Notes under the pieces: model-generated
Databases searched by the model: none
What the model saw: the letters and a program-made list of their open reading frames with translations, nothing else
Told to the model about the DNA's origin: nothing
From: Sporomusaceae bacterium UBA1887
GTDB lineage: Bacteria > Bacillota > Negativicutes > Sporomusales > DSM-15969
Direction of reading: 5' to 3'
DNA length: 62,186 nucleotides
Assembly (NCBI GenBank): GCA_002337925.1
Contig: DDHB01000003.1
Coordinates: 1 to 62,186 of the forward strand
Program-made: the position numbers and the translations under genes
In this document: positions 48,178 through 57,584 of the stretch, one piece after another
Layout of the letters: each line of letters begins with the position of its first letter
How positions within the stretch are numbered: position 1 is the stretch's first letter

Positions 48178-49437
48178 ATGATGCAAGACAATTGTAGTTC
48201 TAGTGAAATACAAAACCTTCTTGTATATCGTAATTTGCTTACTAATAAGCTAGTTGGCAGCATGCAACTTGTGCTAAACACAAATGGGGAAGAAAGGCTG
48301 CTTTATGAGGTGTACGCCGGTCTTATTGAGGAAGCTGAGAAACATGGCTTGCGGGGAAATCTCTGGCAAAGTTATATAGTGTACTTGATTTCCCGAGATG
48401 AAAATAGTTTTAGTACTACTGTGGAAAAAACACGCGGTCAGATAGGTACTGGCTTGAGGCGGGCGGTTATCCATGATCTAATGCTTTTACGTCAGTTCTT
48501 GCAGTTTGACAGTGCTGTATTACGGGATAGTGTCCTCATTCGTGAATTTAACCCTACAGAAGCGCAGGAGGGGCAGGATGGGGATGAGCTGCTTGAGCTG
48601 CTTACTCTTCAAGATACCTCCGAGCATTCGCTGGAGCGGACAGTTGATAAACTAATCGCCTATTATCTGCAGCATGGCTGCGGGAAGGTAGCGGGTTATG
48701 CCGCCTTCCGCTGGGATGAAGCAGCAGGGCTTGTAGGAATTAAAGATCGCGACCGGATTAATCTTGATGATCTTGTTGGGTACGAGAAGCAAAAGCAGGT
48801 GCTGATGAAAAATACAGAAGCATTTCTTGCTAATAAACCTGCTAATAATGTGCTGTTGGTCGGAGCCAGAGGGACCGGCAAATCTTCATCGGTAAAAGCA
48901 CTGGTTAATTATTACGGTAAAGAAGGGCTTAGGCTGGTAGAGGTACAGCGTCATCAGTTTCAGTCCTTGCATAAGATTATCAATGAACTTCGGGGCCGGA
49001 GCCAGCGGTTTATTGTGTTTCTTGACGATCTTTCTTTTGAAGAATCAGAGACGGAATATAAGTTTTTGAAATCGGTTATTGAAGGCAGTCTGGAGTCACG
49101 GCCAGATAATGTTTTATTATATGCCACCTCTAACCGGCGCCATCTTATTCGCGAGAGCTGGTCCGACCGGGCTGACGCCGAAGATGTTCATTCGGCCGAT
49201 TCGGTGCATGAAAAGATCTCGCTGTCTGATCGGTTTGGTATCACGCTGACCTACCAGGCGCCGGACCAAAAGGATTATCTTCACATTGTAGAAACGCTGG
49301 CCAGGCAGCATGCTATTACTCTGCCGGCTGCAGAGCTCAAAAAGCAGGCCCTCCGCTGGGAACTGTCCCATTCGGGCAGATCAGGCAGAGTTGCGCAACA
49401 GTTTGTCAAACATATTATCGGTAGTAACTTAAGTTAA
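48178..49437 (+). CDS. AAA+ ATPase, DUF815-like
   Basis: ANNVLL.G.RGTGKSS, DDLSFE, YATSNRRHL, SLSDRFG, SGR.A.QF; TTGACA-N18-TATAAT at 48086-48115. Confidence 0.88.
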   Translation: MMQDNCSSSEIQNLLVYRNLLTNKLVGSMQLVLNTNGEERLLYEVYAGLIEEAEKHGLRGNLWQSYIVYLISRDENSFSTTVEKTRGQIGTGLRRAVIHDLMLLRQFLQFDSAVLRDSVLIREFNPTEAQEGQDGDELLELLTLQDTSEHSLERTVDKLIAYYLQHGCGKVAGYAAFRWDEAAGLVGIKDRDRINLDDLVGYEKQKQVLMKNTEAFLANKPANNVLLVGARGTGKSSSVKALVNYYGKEGLRLVEVQRHQFQSLHKIINELRGRSQRFIVFLDDLSFEESETEYKFLKSVIEGSLESRPDNVLLYATSNRRHLIRESWSDRADAEDVHSADSVHEKISLSDRFGITLTYQAPDQKDYLHIVETLARQHAITLPAAELKKQALRWELSHSGRSGRVAQQFVKHIIGSNLS

Positions 49438-49472
49438 CTATAAAGGGTTTATTTTGAAAGGGGATATTTACT

Positions 49473-50465
49473 ATGGCGAAGTTGTATTATGATTTGGATG
49501 CGAATTGGGATGTAATTCAGGACAAAAAAATCGCTGTTATTGGTTATGGGAGCCAGGGTCATGCTCATGCGCTTAACATGCATGATTATGGTTTAGATGT
49601 AACTGTAGGTTTGTATAAAGGCAGCAAGTCCTGGGAGAAGGCCCAAAGTGAAGGTTTGAAAGTAGCAGTGGTAAGTGATGCTGTTGCCGGTGCCGATGTT
49701 GTCATGATCCTTATCCCCGATGAAAAACAAGGCCAGGTTTACCGTGATTATATTGAACCAAATCTTAAAGCCGGTGCTGCGCTGGTTTTTGCTCATGGTT
49801 TCAGCATTCATTTTAATCAAATTGTTCCCCCTGCAAATGTAGACGTTTTTATGGTTGCTCCTAAAGGTCCGGGACATCTGGTGCGCCGCGAATATCAAAA
49901 TGGTAAAGGCGTACCTTGCCTCATGGCTGTACATCAAAACTATACCGGTAATGCCCAGGAACTTGCGCTGGCCTATGCGCGTGGTATTGGTGGAACCCGG
50001 GCTGGTGTACTGCCGACAACCTTCAAAGAAGAAACAGAAACGGATTTGTTTGGTGAACAAGCCGTCCTGTGCGGCGGGGTTACCGAGTTGATCAAAGCGG
50101 GCTTTGAAACATTGGTAGAAGCCGGCTATCAGCCTGAATCAGCATATTTTGAGTGTATGCATGAAATGAAGCTTATCGTTGACTTGCTATATGAAGGCGG
50201 GTTGGCAAATATGCGCTATTCTATCAGCGATACTGCCGAGTTCGGCGACTACCAGATCGGCAAGCGAATCATTACTGATGCAACACGGGCTGAGATGAAA
50301 AAAGTATTAAATGAAATCCAAACAGGCGAATTCGCCAAACAGTGGATTCTTGAAAACCAGGCAAACCGGCCTGCTTTTAACGCCGTTCGCCGCCGTGAAG
50401 CAGACCATGCTATTGAAAAAGTGGGAAAAGAGCTGCGGGCAATGATGCCTTGGCTGAAGAAATAG
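49473..50465 (+). CDS. ilvC: Ketol-acid reductoisomerase
   Basis: [34 protein letters not shown]. Confidence 0.97.
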   Translation: MAKLYYDLDANWDVIQDKKIAVIGYGSQGHAHALNMHDYGLDVTVGLYKGSKSWEKAQSEGLKVAVVSDAVAGADVVMILIPDEKQGQVYRDYIEPNLKAGAALVFAHGFSIHFNQIVPPANVDVFMVAPKGPGHLVRREYQNGKGVPCLMAVHQNYTGNAQELALAYARGIGGTRAGVLPTTFKEETETDLFGEQAVLCGGVTELIKAGFETLVEAGYQPESAYFECMHEMKLIVDLLYEGGLANMRYSISDTAEFGDYQIGKRIITDATRAEMKKVLNEIQTGEFAKQWILENQANRPAFNAVRRREADHAIEKVGKELRAMMPWLKK

Positions 50466-50486
50466 TTGCTAGTCGAATTAAATGAG

Positions 50487-50532
50487 ATGACAGTACTGAG
50501 GCATTGATAAGCCTCAGTACTGTCATTTTTTT
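50487..50532 (+). terminator. Intrinsic terminator
   Basis: 16-bp stem ATGACAGTACTGAGGC/GCCTCAGTACTGTCAT followed by a T tract. Confidence 0.88.
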
Positions 50533-50617
50533 CTTTCGTAACTCTTTTGTATCTAAAAGAATGGTTAAAGTGGTATAATTATTTGAGAGGAATGATCGGT
50601 AACAGGGGGAGTTTTCC

Positions 50618-51340
50618 TTGACGATAGAACGCTTTCAACAAAGTGCTGATAAAGAAAAATATGTACATTCGGTATTTGCCGCTATTGCTCACCGTTATGA
50701 CGTACTTAATACAACACTCAGCTTTAATCAAGACAAATATTGGCGGCGCTTTGCCGTTGGGCAGGCGGCATTGCCGGCAGGTGGTAAAGCGCTGGATGTG
50801 TGCTGCGGTACAGCGATGCTTTCTCTTGAGCTGGCCCGGAGAGCAGAGAACGCAACAATAACGGGGTTGGATTTCTGTGAGGAGATGCTGACTATAGGAA
50901 GAAAAAATATAGCCGGGTCAGAGCACGGCGAAAAGATTCAGCTAGTACAGGGCAATGCAATGGCACTTCCTTTTGCCGATAACACATTTGACTGTGCCAC
51001 AATTGGTTTTGCTTTGCGCAACGTGCCCGATATTAAGCAGACTATAGCTGAAATGCGGCGAGTCGTTAAACCGGGCGGGAGGGTTGTGTCACTGGAACTT
51101 GCCAAACCGAGTGCTCCTGTCTTTAAGCAGTTGTATTATTTGTACTTTGAACAAGTTTTGCCGCTGCTAGGCAAGCTGGGAGTAGGTATTGAAGGTCCCT
51201 ATCGATGGCTTCCCGAATCATTAAAATGCTTTCCCCACCAGTCAGCCATTTGCGAGTACTTTACGGAAGTTGGATTAAAGCAAGCCCGTTATCATGAACT
51301 GACCGGCGGAATTGTAGCTGTTCATGTGGGAGTTAAATAA
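50618..51340 (+). CDS. menG: Demethylmenaquinone methyltransferase (MenG/UbiE)
   Basis: F..IA.RYD.LN..LS, LDVCCGT, F.LRNV.D, Y.WL.ES...FP. Confidence 0.9.
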   Translation: MTIERFQQSADKEKYVHSVFAAIAHRYDVLNTTLSFNQDKYWRRFAVGQAALPAGGKALDVCCGTAMLSLELARRAENATITGLDFCEEMLTIGRKNIAGSEHGEKIQLVQGNAMALPFADNTFDCATIGFALRNVPDIKQTIAEMRRVVKPGGRVVSLELAKPSAPVFKQLYYLYFEQVLPLLGKLGVGIEGPYRWLPESLKCFPHQSAICEYFTEVGLKQARYHELTGGIVAVHVGVK

Positions 51341-51348
51341 AATAAAAA

Positions 51349-51381
51349 AGCAGGCCATCCGATTTGAACGGATGGCCTGCT
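51349..51381. terminator. Terminator between convergent genes
   Basis: AGCAGGCCATCCG/CGGATGGCCTGCT. Confidence 0.75.
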
Positions 51382-51388
51382 GCTTGTG

Positions 51389-52096
51389 CTAATTATTTAA
51401 TTGAAATGCCATATTTACATCGGCACTTATCGATAATGTTCCGGCACTAATCGGTGTAGAAGAAGCCATATCCGCTTTGTACAAACGGACGTTTTCACTC
51501 ATGGGAGAAGAATAGCCGTTGAGGTTGACTGAAGTGGCTTGTCCCAAGGAGCCGCCTAAGGTTTCGGCAATCAGTGCAGCTTTGTGCTTACCGTCCAGTA
51601 TGGCTTTTGCCAGCAATTGATCCTTTAGACTGCTTTCATCATTGACAGCAAAGCGTAAACCGTTAATCTGATTGGCACCAGCTTGCGAAGAAGCATCAAT
51701 GACTTGGGAGATCTGAGCAAAGTCAGTCACTTTGACAGTTACGGTATTTTGTACGCGATAACCGGAGATGACGGTAGCGTCATCGTTTTTAGTATTCTGC
51801 TTATACTGGGGTTGAATAGAGAAACCGGAAGTTTGAATTTGCTCTTTGTTAATTCCGAGCAGTTCAACAGCGGTATAAATCCGGTTCATGGTGGCATCAT
51901 TTTCTGCTTTTGCTTTGGCTACATCAGATGCCGTTGTGACAATTCCTAAAGAAATATAAGCTGTATCGGGGACAACGGCCATTTCAGCATGACCTGTGAC
52001 AGTAACTGAGGGGCGTTCAACTTGTTCGGCAGAGGCCTGAAGTTGAGTAGTAAACAATAAGGTGATAGCGAATAAACCAGCGATTAATTTTTTCAT
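51389..52096 (-). CDS. SIMPL (DUF541/YggE-like) exported protein
   Basis: Signal peptide, V.G.A...V.PD, I.T....I.P.Y, GAN.I.GL.F. Confidence 0.88.
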   Translation of the reverse strand: MKKLIAGLFAITLLFTTQLQASAEQVERPSVTVTGHAEMAVVPDTAYISLGIVTTASDVAKAKAENDATMNRIYTAVELLGINKEQIQTSGFSIQPQYKQNTKNDDATVISGYRVQNTVTVKVTDFAQISQVIDASSQAGANQINGLRFAVNDESSLKDQLLAKAILDGKHKAALIAETLGGSLGQATSVNLNGYSSPMSENVRLYKADMASSTPISAGTLSISADVNMAFQLNN

Positions 52097-52254
52097 TTTA
52101 AGAGCTCTCCTTTATTTATGTACTTTCTTACTACTATAAACGAGGATAGATCATAAAGGTAACGGGTACGATAATAATAAATTAGATTTTTTACTGCCGG
52201 GAGATACTTGACTTTACAAACTAAGCTGTTATAATCGATAATAAGTTTACAACT

Positions 52255-52549
52255 AAACGCAATGACAGAGAAGCTAAATGCTGTGTTTTTCAGAGAGCCG
52301 GCGGGTGGTGTGAGCCGGTGAGCAGGCAGGCAGTTCCGCTCTTGAGCGGCTGATGATGAATCAGGACGGGTCCGCCCGGTAAAGCGGATAGAGTTGGCCG
52401 TAAGGCAATTTGGGTGGCAACGCGGGAAAAACCTCTCGTCCCTGGTGGGATGTGAGGTTTTTGTGTTTTTACCGGACTGCCGGGCTAAAATGGGTGGCAC
52501 CGCGGGAACAGTCTCGCCCCAATTGCTGGGGAGAGACTGTTCATTTTTA
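52255..52549 (+). promoter_or_regulatory. Serine T-box riboswitch with duplicated antiterminator/terminator
   Basis: Stem I AGAGA/GGTGTGA motifs, specifier TCC (52335-52337), T-box GGGTGGCAACGCG (52412) and GGGTGGCACCGCG (52492), each followed by a terminator; promoter TTGACT-N16-TATAAT at 52208-52235. Confidence 0.92.
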
Positions 52550-52567
52550 AAATAGGAGTGATTTTTT

Positions 52568-53662
52568 GTGGCAAATAAGGAACGGGTACATAACTTTAAT
52601 GCCGGGCCGGCAGCGCTTCCCTTGGAAGTCTTGGAGCAAGTTCAAACAGAGATAATCAATTTTCGCGGAGCAGGCATGTCCATCCTGGAGATGAGCCATC
52701 GCAGCCAGGAATATGAAGTAGTACATAATGAGGCTAAGACGCTATTAAAAGAACTGCTGGCATTGCCGGAGGAATATGAAGTTCTGTTTTTACAAGGAGG
52801 AGCAAGCCTGCAATTTGCCATGATACCGATGAACTTTTTACCTGCAGGTAAAAAAGCTGCTTATGTAATGACAGGTGTTTGGGCAGAGAAAGCTTACGAC
52901 GAAGCAGCTAAACTAGGTGAGGTAGTGATGGCTGGCACTGCTAAGGACAATAGATTTAGCAGCATTCCTTCTATTCAGGATCTTTCCTATGACAAAGAAA
53001 GTGCGTATTTACATATAACTTCCAATAATACGATTTACGGTACCCAGTGGCATGCGTTTCCTGAAACGGGACAAGTGCCGTTAATTGCTGATATGTCGAG
53101 TGATATTTTATCGCAGCCTTTTGATGCAAGCAAATTCAGCTTGATTTATGCAGGAGCCCAAAAAAATCTGGGACCGGCCGGAGTGACTATTGTCGTTATC
53201 CGCAAGGATTTACTAGAAAAGGCCAATAAGAATGTTCCGACCATGCTTCGTTACAATACATATGCAAAAGATAATTCTCTCTATAATACGCCGCCTACCT
53301 TTAGTATCTATATGGTTAATTTAGTATTGAACTGGATTAAGCGGCAGGGTGGTCTGAAAGCGATTCACCGGGAGAATCAACGCAAGGCGGCAGTCATATA
53401 TGAGGCAATTGACAACAGCGATGGTTTTTATATCGGTCATGCAGATAAGAACAGCCGTTCCTTGATGAATATTACATTCCGCCTTGCTAATGCAGATTTG
53501 GAAAAGAAGTTTCTCTTAGCTGCCAAACAAGCCAACTTTGTAGGTTTGGCAGGGCATCGTCTCGTAGGTGGATGCAGGGCATCAGCCTATAATGCAGTTC
53601 CCTTTGAAGCCTGCCTGGCATTAAAAGAACTGATGGAAACGTTTCAAAAAGAAAACAGGTAA
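52568..53662 (+). CDS. serC: Phosphoserine aminotransferase
   Basis: NFNAGPA.LP, EMSHRS, GGASLQF, NNTIYG, DMSS, GAQKN.GP. Confidence 0.96.
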   Translation: MANKERVHNFNAGPAALPLEVLEQVQTEIINFRGAGMSILEMSHRSQEYEVVHNEAKTLLKELLALPEEYEVLFLQGGASLQFAMIPMNFLPAGKKAAYVMTGVWAEKAYDEAAKLGEVVMAGTAKDNRFSSIPSIQDLSYDKESAYLHITSNNTIYGTQWHAFPETGQVPLIADMSSDILSQPFDASKFSLIYAGAQKNLGPAGVTIVVIRKDLLEKANKNVPTMLRYNTYAKDNSLYNTPPTFSIYMVNLVLNWIKRQGGLKAIHRENQRKAAVIYEAIDNSDGFYIGHADKNSRSLMNITFRLANADLEKKFLLAAKQANFVGLAGHRLVGGCRASAYNAVPFEACLALKELMETFQKENR

Positions 53663-53784
53663 GCACGACTGTTTTTCGCAGGATTTGCTTAAATCGCCAC
53701 AGAAAATGAATTAGAATATCCCTATTGGTAGAACACTAACTGTATAGCATGATTCTTGGATAAGCGTAAGGGTGGTCCAATGGG

Positions 53785-54084
53785 CTATGAGGACGGACCG
53801 GCTTCATCCTGGTCAAGCGCTTGCTGTTCTAACGGCTTAATCTGGACAGCAATACCGCCTGTAGCTGGAGCCAGCAAATTAAATATGGCGCAGTAAGCGG
53901 ATGCTCCGATTGCTGAACATAGGGCGAGTACCAGTCCGATGAAGGCACCTCCCAGCATACCCAAAATATCTTTTTCCACTATGCCGATAATAAGCCCCCC
54001 AAGACCGAAAAATGCAGTTCCCGAAAGAAAAAATACCCGAAAGACAGTCCAAGGCGAAATGCGGATAATTTCCTGATTATACAT
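53785..54084 (-). CDS. Small two-TM membrane protein (DUF3566-like)
   Basis: I.P.TVF, two hydrophobic helices, FN.LA..TGGI; ATG at 54084 behind AAGGGGTG. Confidence 0.6.
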   Translation of the reverse strand: MYNQEIIRISPWTVFRVFFLSGTAFFGLGGLIIGIVEKDILGMLGGAFIGLVLALCSAIGASAYCAIFNLLAPATGGIAVQIKPLEQQALDQDEAGPSS

Positions 54085-54118
54085 ACGGCTCACCCCTTAT
54101 TAATAGGAGGATGAATTT

Positions 54119-55000
54119 ATGGCTAAACACGTGTATGACATTGCTGTTGTTGGCGGCGGCCCCGCAGGGTTGTCGGCCGCACTTACCGGAAGGATACGTA
54201 AAAAGGACATTGTATTGTTTGAGCGCTCTGACTTTAGTCCTAAATTACAAAAAGCCCATGTAGTCGATAATTATCTTGGTATGCCGCAAATTACCGGCAA
54301 AGGGATGATGCAAAGCTTTGCATCACACTGCTTAGCTCATGAGCTGGTAGTTGTCAAAGAAAAGGTTGTTAATATTTTCCCGGGAAATCCTTTTACCCTA
54401 GTTACGCCAGGCGATGTTTACGAGGCAAAAACCGTTATTATTGCTTCGGGGGTAGTGGCTACATCTTTATTTGGCGGGGAAAAAGATTTTTTAGGACGGG
54501 GAGTTAGCTACTGTGCCACTTGTGATGGGATGTTTTATCAAGATAAGGATGTCGCAGTCATTTCTTATACTCCCGAAGGCGAGCATGAAACACAGTATTT
54601 GGGTGAATTGTGCCGGAATGTATACTACATTCCTCAATACAAAGCAGAATTACCAATGATGAGGTCTAACATAAAAGTGTTAGAAGGAGTCCAGCCAAAG
54701 AGCATTGCCGGAGATACGACTGTGGAAAAATTAGTTACTAATAAAGAAGAACTCAAGGTTAATGGTGTATTCATCATGAGGCAATCTGATCCGGTCGAGA
54801 ATTTACTGCCCGGTTTGGAGCTTGATGGCGAGGTTATTAAAGTTAACCGGGATATGTCGACAAATCTGCCAGGAGTATTTGCTGCCGGAGATTGTACAGG
54901 TAAGCCGTGGCAGATTGCCAAAGCTACAGGCGAAGGCTTAGTTGCCGTGTTAAGTGCTATCTCTTATCTCGATAAAGCTGCCAGAGTAGAGCAAAAGTAA
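54119..55000 (+). CDS. Thioredoxin-reductase-like flavoprotein lacking the NADPH-binding motif
   Basis: GGGPAG, GRGVSYCATCDG, GVFAAGD; VAVISYTPEG where TrxB has VxVxGGG. Confidence 0.85.
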   Translation: MAKHVYDIAVVGGGPAGLSAALTGRIRKKDIVLFERSDFSPKLQKAHVVDNYLGMPQITGKGMMQSFASHCLAHELVVVKEKVVNIFPGNPFTLVTPGDVYEAKTVIIASGVVATSLFGGEKDFLGRGVSYCATCDGMFYQDKDVAVISYTPEGEHETQYLGELCRNVYYIPQYKAELPMMRSNIKVLEGVQPKSIAGDTTVEKLVTNKEELKVNGVFIMRQSDPVENLLPGLELDGEVIKVNRDMSTNLPGVFAAGDCTGKPWQIAKATGEGLVAVLSAISYLDKAARVEQK

Positions 55001-56015
55001 AGAGTAATGCAATATAGCCAAACAGAGGATAAAGTGTGGATACCAGATTGGCGAAACCAACCTGGCTGAACAAAAGAGCCACGATTGCTGCATTAAGCAG
55101 ACAAAGCCAGAACGGCATTCCGGTCACCGACTGAAGCTTCACGGTACAACCGTAAAGGCTTGCCATTGCCGTGCTGAACATGGCCTTGATAAGCATGGCA
55201 GCATAGCTGAGATGATTAAAGTTATGCTGGGAATTGGATACATAAAGCATGGGTACCTCGAAGCTGAGTATATCAGGATAATGAAGCATAATAACCAAGA
55301 TAATGATCAACCCCAGTAAAGTAAGCAGTATCCCTCCCAGTATACCGCCCCACAGGCGCACGGAACGATCTTTAATTTCTCGCCCAAGTGGTGCTAACAC
55401 GGTAGCGCCAAGGATTAGGTTATAGGAAACATAAAGCAGGCAGGCTAATAGCCAGTGGGGAGCAGGTGAAAGGTGCGGCTGAGCGGGTAAAGATAACAAT
55501 GACCAGGAAAGTTCTGCGCAATGATGGGTAAGGGAACTGATACCTACTGTCAAAGTTGAGGCAATTAAAAGCGGAATCACCAAAAGATTGACGAGGGAAA
55601 TACCTTTTACGCCAAATAAGACAGTAATGGCTACAGCGAGAACCATAGCTATGGAGCCGGTATTATAGCTTATTGCAAAATAATCCCGGCTGACGGTTCC
55701 AGTCCCTGACAACATGATACATAAACCGCCAAAAAGAAAAAGTGCTGAAACGGAGTCTAAAATCAATCCGAGGCGGGGGCCGCAGATGTAGTATAGAACC
55801 TGATGGTAGTTGGTCGCCCTCAGTCTATAGCCCAGTTCCAAAATACGGGCACCCAGCAAGGCGAATAAAAATCCTGAAAATAGCATGGCTATGATGCCGA
55901 CAGCTCCGTAAGAAACAAAAAACTGTAGTAATTCCTGGCCGGAGGCAAAGCCGGCGCCGATGACGGTGCCCGCATAGGTCGCAGCCACGCGGGCGATATC
56001 TAACAGGCGGCCCAT
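54957..56015 (-). CDS. YkvI-like membrane protein
   Basis: GTVIGAGFASGQE..QFF, LYVSYN, GF..LV..LYP..GY; ATG at 56015 behind AAAGGA. Confidence 0.85.
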   Translation of the reverse strand: MGRLLDIARVAATYAGTVIGAGFASGQELLQFFVSYGAVGIIAMLFSGFLFALLGARILELGYRLRATNYHQVLYYICGPRLGLILDSVSALFLFGGLCIMLSGTGTVSRDYFAISYNTGSIAMVLAVAITVLFGVKGISLVNLLVIPLLIASTLTVGISSLTHHCAELSWSLLSLPAQPHLSPAPHWLLACLLYVSYNLILGATVLAPLGREIKDRSVRLWGGILGGILLTLLGLIIILVIMLHYPDILSFEVPMLYVSNSQHNFNHLSYAAMLIKAMFSTAMASLYGCTVKLQSVTGMPFWLCLLNAAIVALLFSQVGFANLVSTLYPLFGYIALLFTFALLWQLYRDKR

Positions 56016-56403
56016 GATGACACATCCTTTCCTACTTCGTATTACATATGTATGAAGGGATGAAGTAATTCTGACGTGGATTTTTATTCCAGAAAAAGTG
56101 GAAGGAGATTGCAAATTAAAGAAGATGTTTTGACATAATAACAAAAATTATTTAAAAATTCGTGTTTTTTCGACAAGGATTTCTCTGGAGTTTGGCGAAT
56201 AAATAGAACAGATTGGGAATTTTTACATTATTTGTTAAGTCTTTCATCACCATTTCATTGAATGCTGTGATGTAACCCATTATAATCCTGACTGTTATCG
56301 CCATGCTGTAGGCCTGATAAGCTTGCGTGGCAGCTCTTTAATAATTATTTTAGCAGCGCTGCACAACAAATCGTTTTACGGCAAGTTTGGAGGCAGAATT
56401 TCT

Positions 56404-57387
56404 ATGTGCGAAGCCCATTTTAATTGTATTATGCAATCAATTGAAACCCGCTCCTCTCAGGGGTGGATTATCATTAATGCCGAGTATGAAGTAGTATATG
56501 TCAATGAAAGTTTTTGCCGTATGTGGCAGTGTACTCGTGAGAATTTGCTGGGGAAATCGCTGCTTCAATGGTACGACGGAGAAAAACAGAACAGCCAGGG
56601 AAGATATTTTGGGCCTTTAATTGAGACGATGGCAACAGGCATAGAGATGCAGAATGTTGAAGCCCGCTTGCCTAAATATCTAAGTGACGAATGCATTTGG
56701 CAATTAGTAGATACGTTCCTTATCCGCGACAACAAAGAAAAAGTTGAATTCGGTGTTGCCAGCTATAGTGTTATTGAAAGGTTTAAGGCTATTGAGCAGC
56801 AGCTAAACAGCATTAATTTGAAAGTAATTAAAGCTTTTTCGAAGGCAATTGGGGCTCGTGATGTATATACCATGCAGCATAGTGAAAAGGTGGCGGCTTT
56901 GATGTTTGGTTTAGCTGAAGCGATGCTGCTGTCAAAGCATGAAGTAACATTGGCATATCTGGCAGGGATAGTTCATGATGTAGGCAAGATTGGTGTGCCG
57001 GAGAACGTGCTGAACAAACCGGGCCGATTAACAGAGGAAGAGTTTATATTAATGAAGCAGCATCCGACCATTGGTTCTGATATCTTACGTCAGATTGATG
57101 GCTTTGCCGATATAGCTTCCATTGTGCTTCATCATCATGAACGGTATGACGGTAAAGGATATCCTCAGCAAATTGCCGGTGAGCGCATTCCGCTTTTAAG
57201 CCGCATGCTGGCTGTTTGTGACAGTTATGATGCTATGGTGTCGGCTCGCTGCTACCGTCAGCCTGTAACAAAGGCTCAGGCTATGGCTGAAATTGAAAAA
57301 TGCAGCTCAAGCCAATTTGATCCGGTTATTGCTGCCTGTTTTCTACGTTTTTTGAACAGCGATTTATCGCTTGCGGCAGTTGATTAG
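56404..57387 (+). CDS. PAS plus HD-GYP cyclic dinucleotide phosphodiesterase
   Basis: HS..VA, HDVGKI, HHERYDGKGYP, DSYDAM, QFDP; ATG behind GGAGG. Confidence 0.9.
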   Translation: MCEAHFNCIMQSIETRSSQGWIIINAEYEVVYVNESFCRMWQCTRENLLGKSLLQWYDGEKQNSQGRYFGPLIETMATGIEMQNVEARLPKYLSDECIWQLVDTFLIRDNKEKVEFGVASYSVIERFKAIEQQLNSINLKVIKAFSKAIGARDVYTMQHSEKVAALMFGLAEAMLLSKHEVTLAYLAGIVHDVGKIGVPENVLNKPGRLTEEEFILMKQHPTIGSDILRQIDGFADIASIVLHHHERYDGKGYPQQIAGERIPLLSRMLAVCDSYDAMVSARCYRQPVTKAQAMAEIEKCSSSQFDPVIAACFLRFLNSDLSLAAVD

Positions 57388-57401
57388 TTTACTGCCAATA
57401 C

Positions 57402-57517
57402 TTTACAAGCATATCTGTATACTGTAAAATATTAAGGTGAAACTATAGTGGACGGTTGCAAGCCGTACCGGAACGGGAAGTCGCTCTCGTCAGGCGTGCT
57501 CAGACGGGAGTTTTTTT
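57402..57517 (+). promoter_or_regulatory. serS promoter and short attenuator leader
   Basis: TTTACA-N17-TAAAAT, then terminator CTCTCGTC/GACGGGAG-T7 with competing stems. Confidence 0.6.
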
Positions 57518-57584
57518 GTTTAATCGCTTTCTTTTCAAAAGATAAATAAGCTTTGTCTTGCTAATGCAGGTAGGAGGTTCAATC

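Noticed and set aside
52093..52500. 135-aa minus-strand ORF
   Set aside because: It is the antisense of the T-box leader.
57440..57517. SRP RNA, tRNA or T-box upstream of serS
   Set aside because: No SRP TCAGG..GGAAG.AGCAG core, no cloverleaf and no GGTGGnACCGCG motif.
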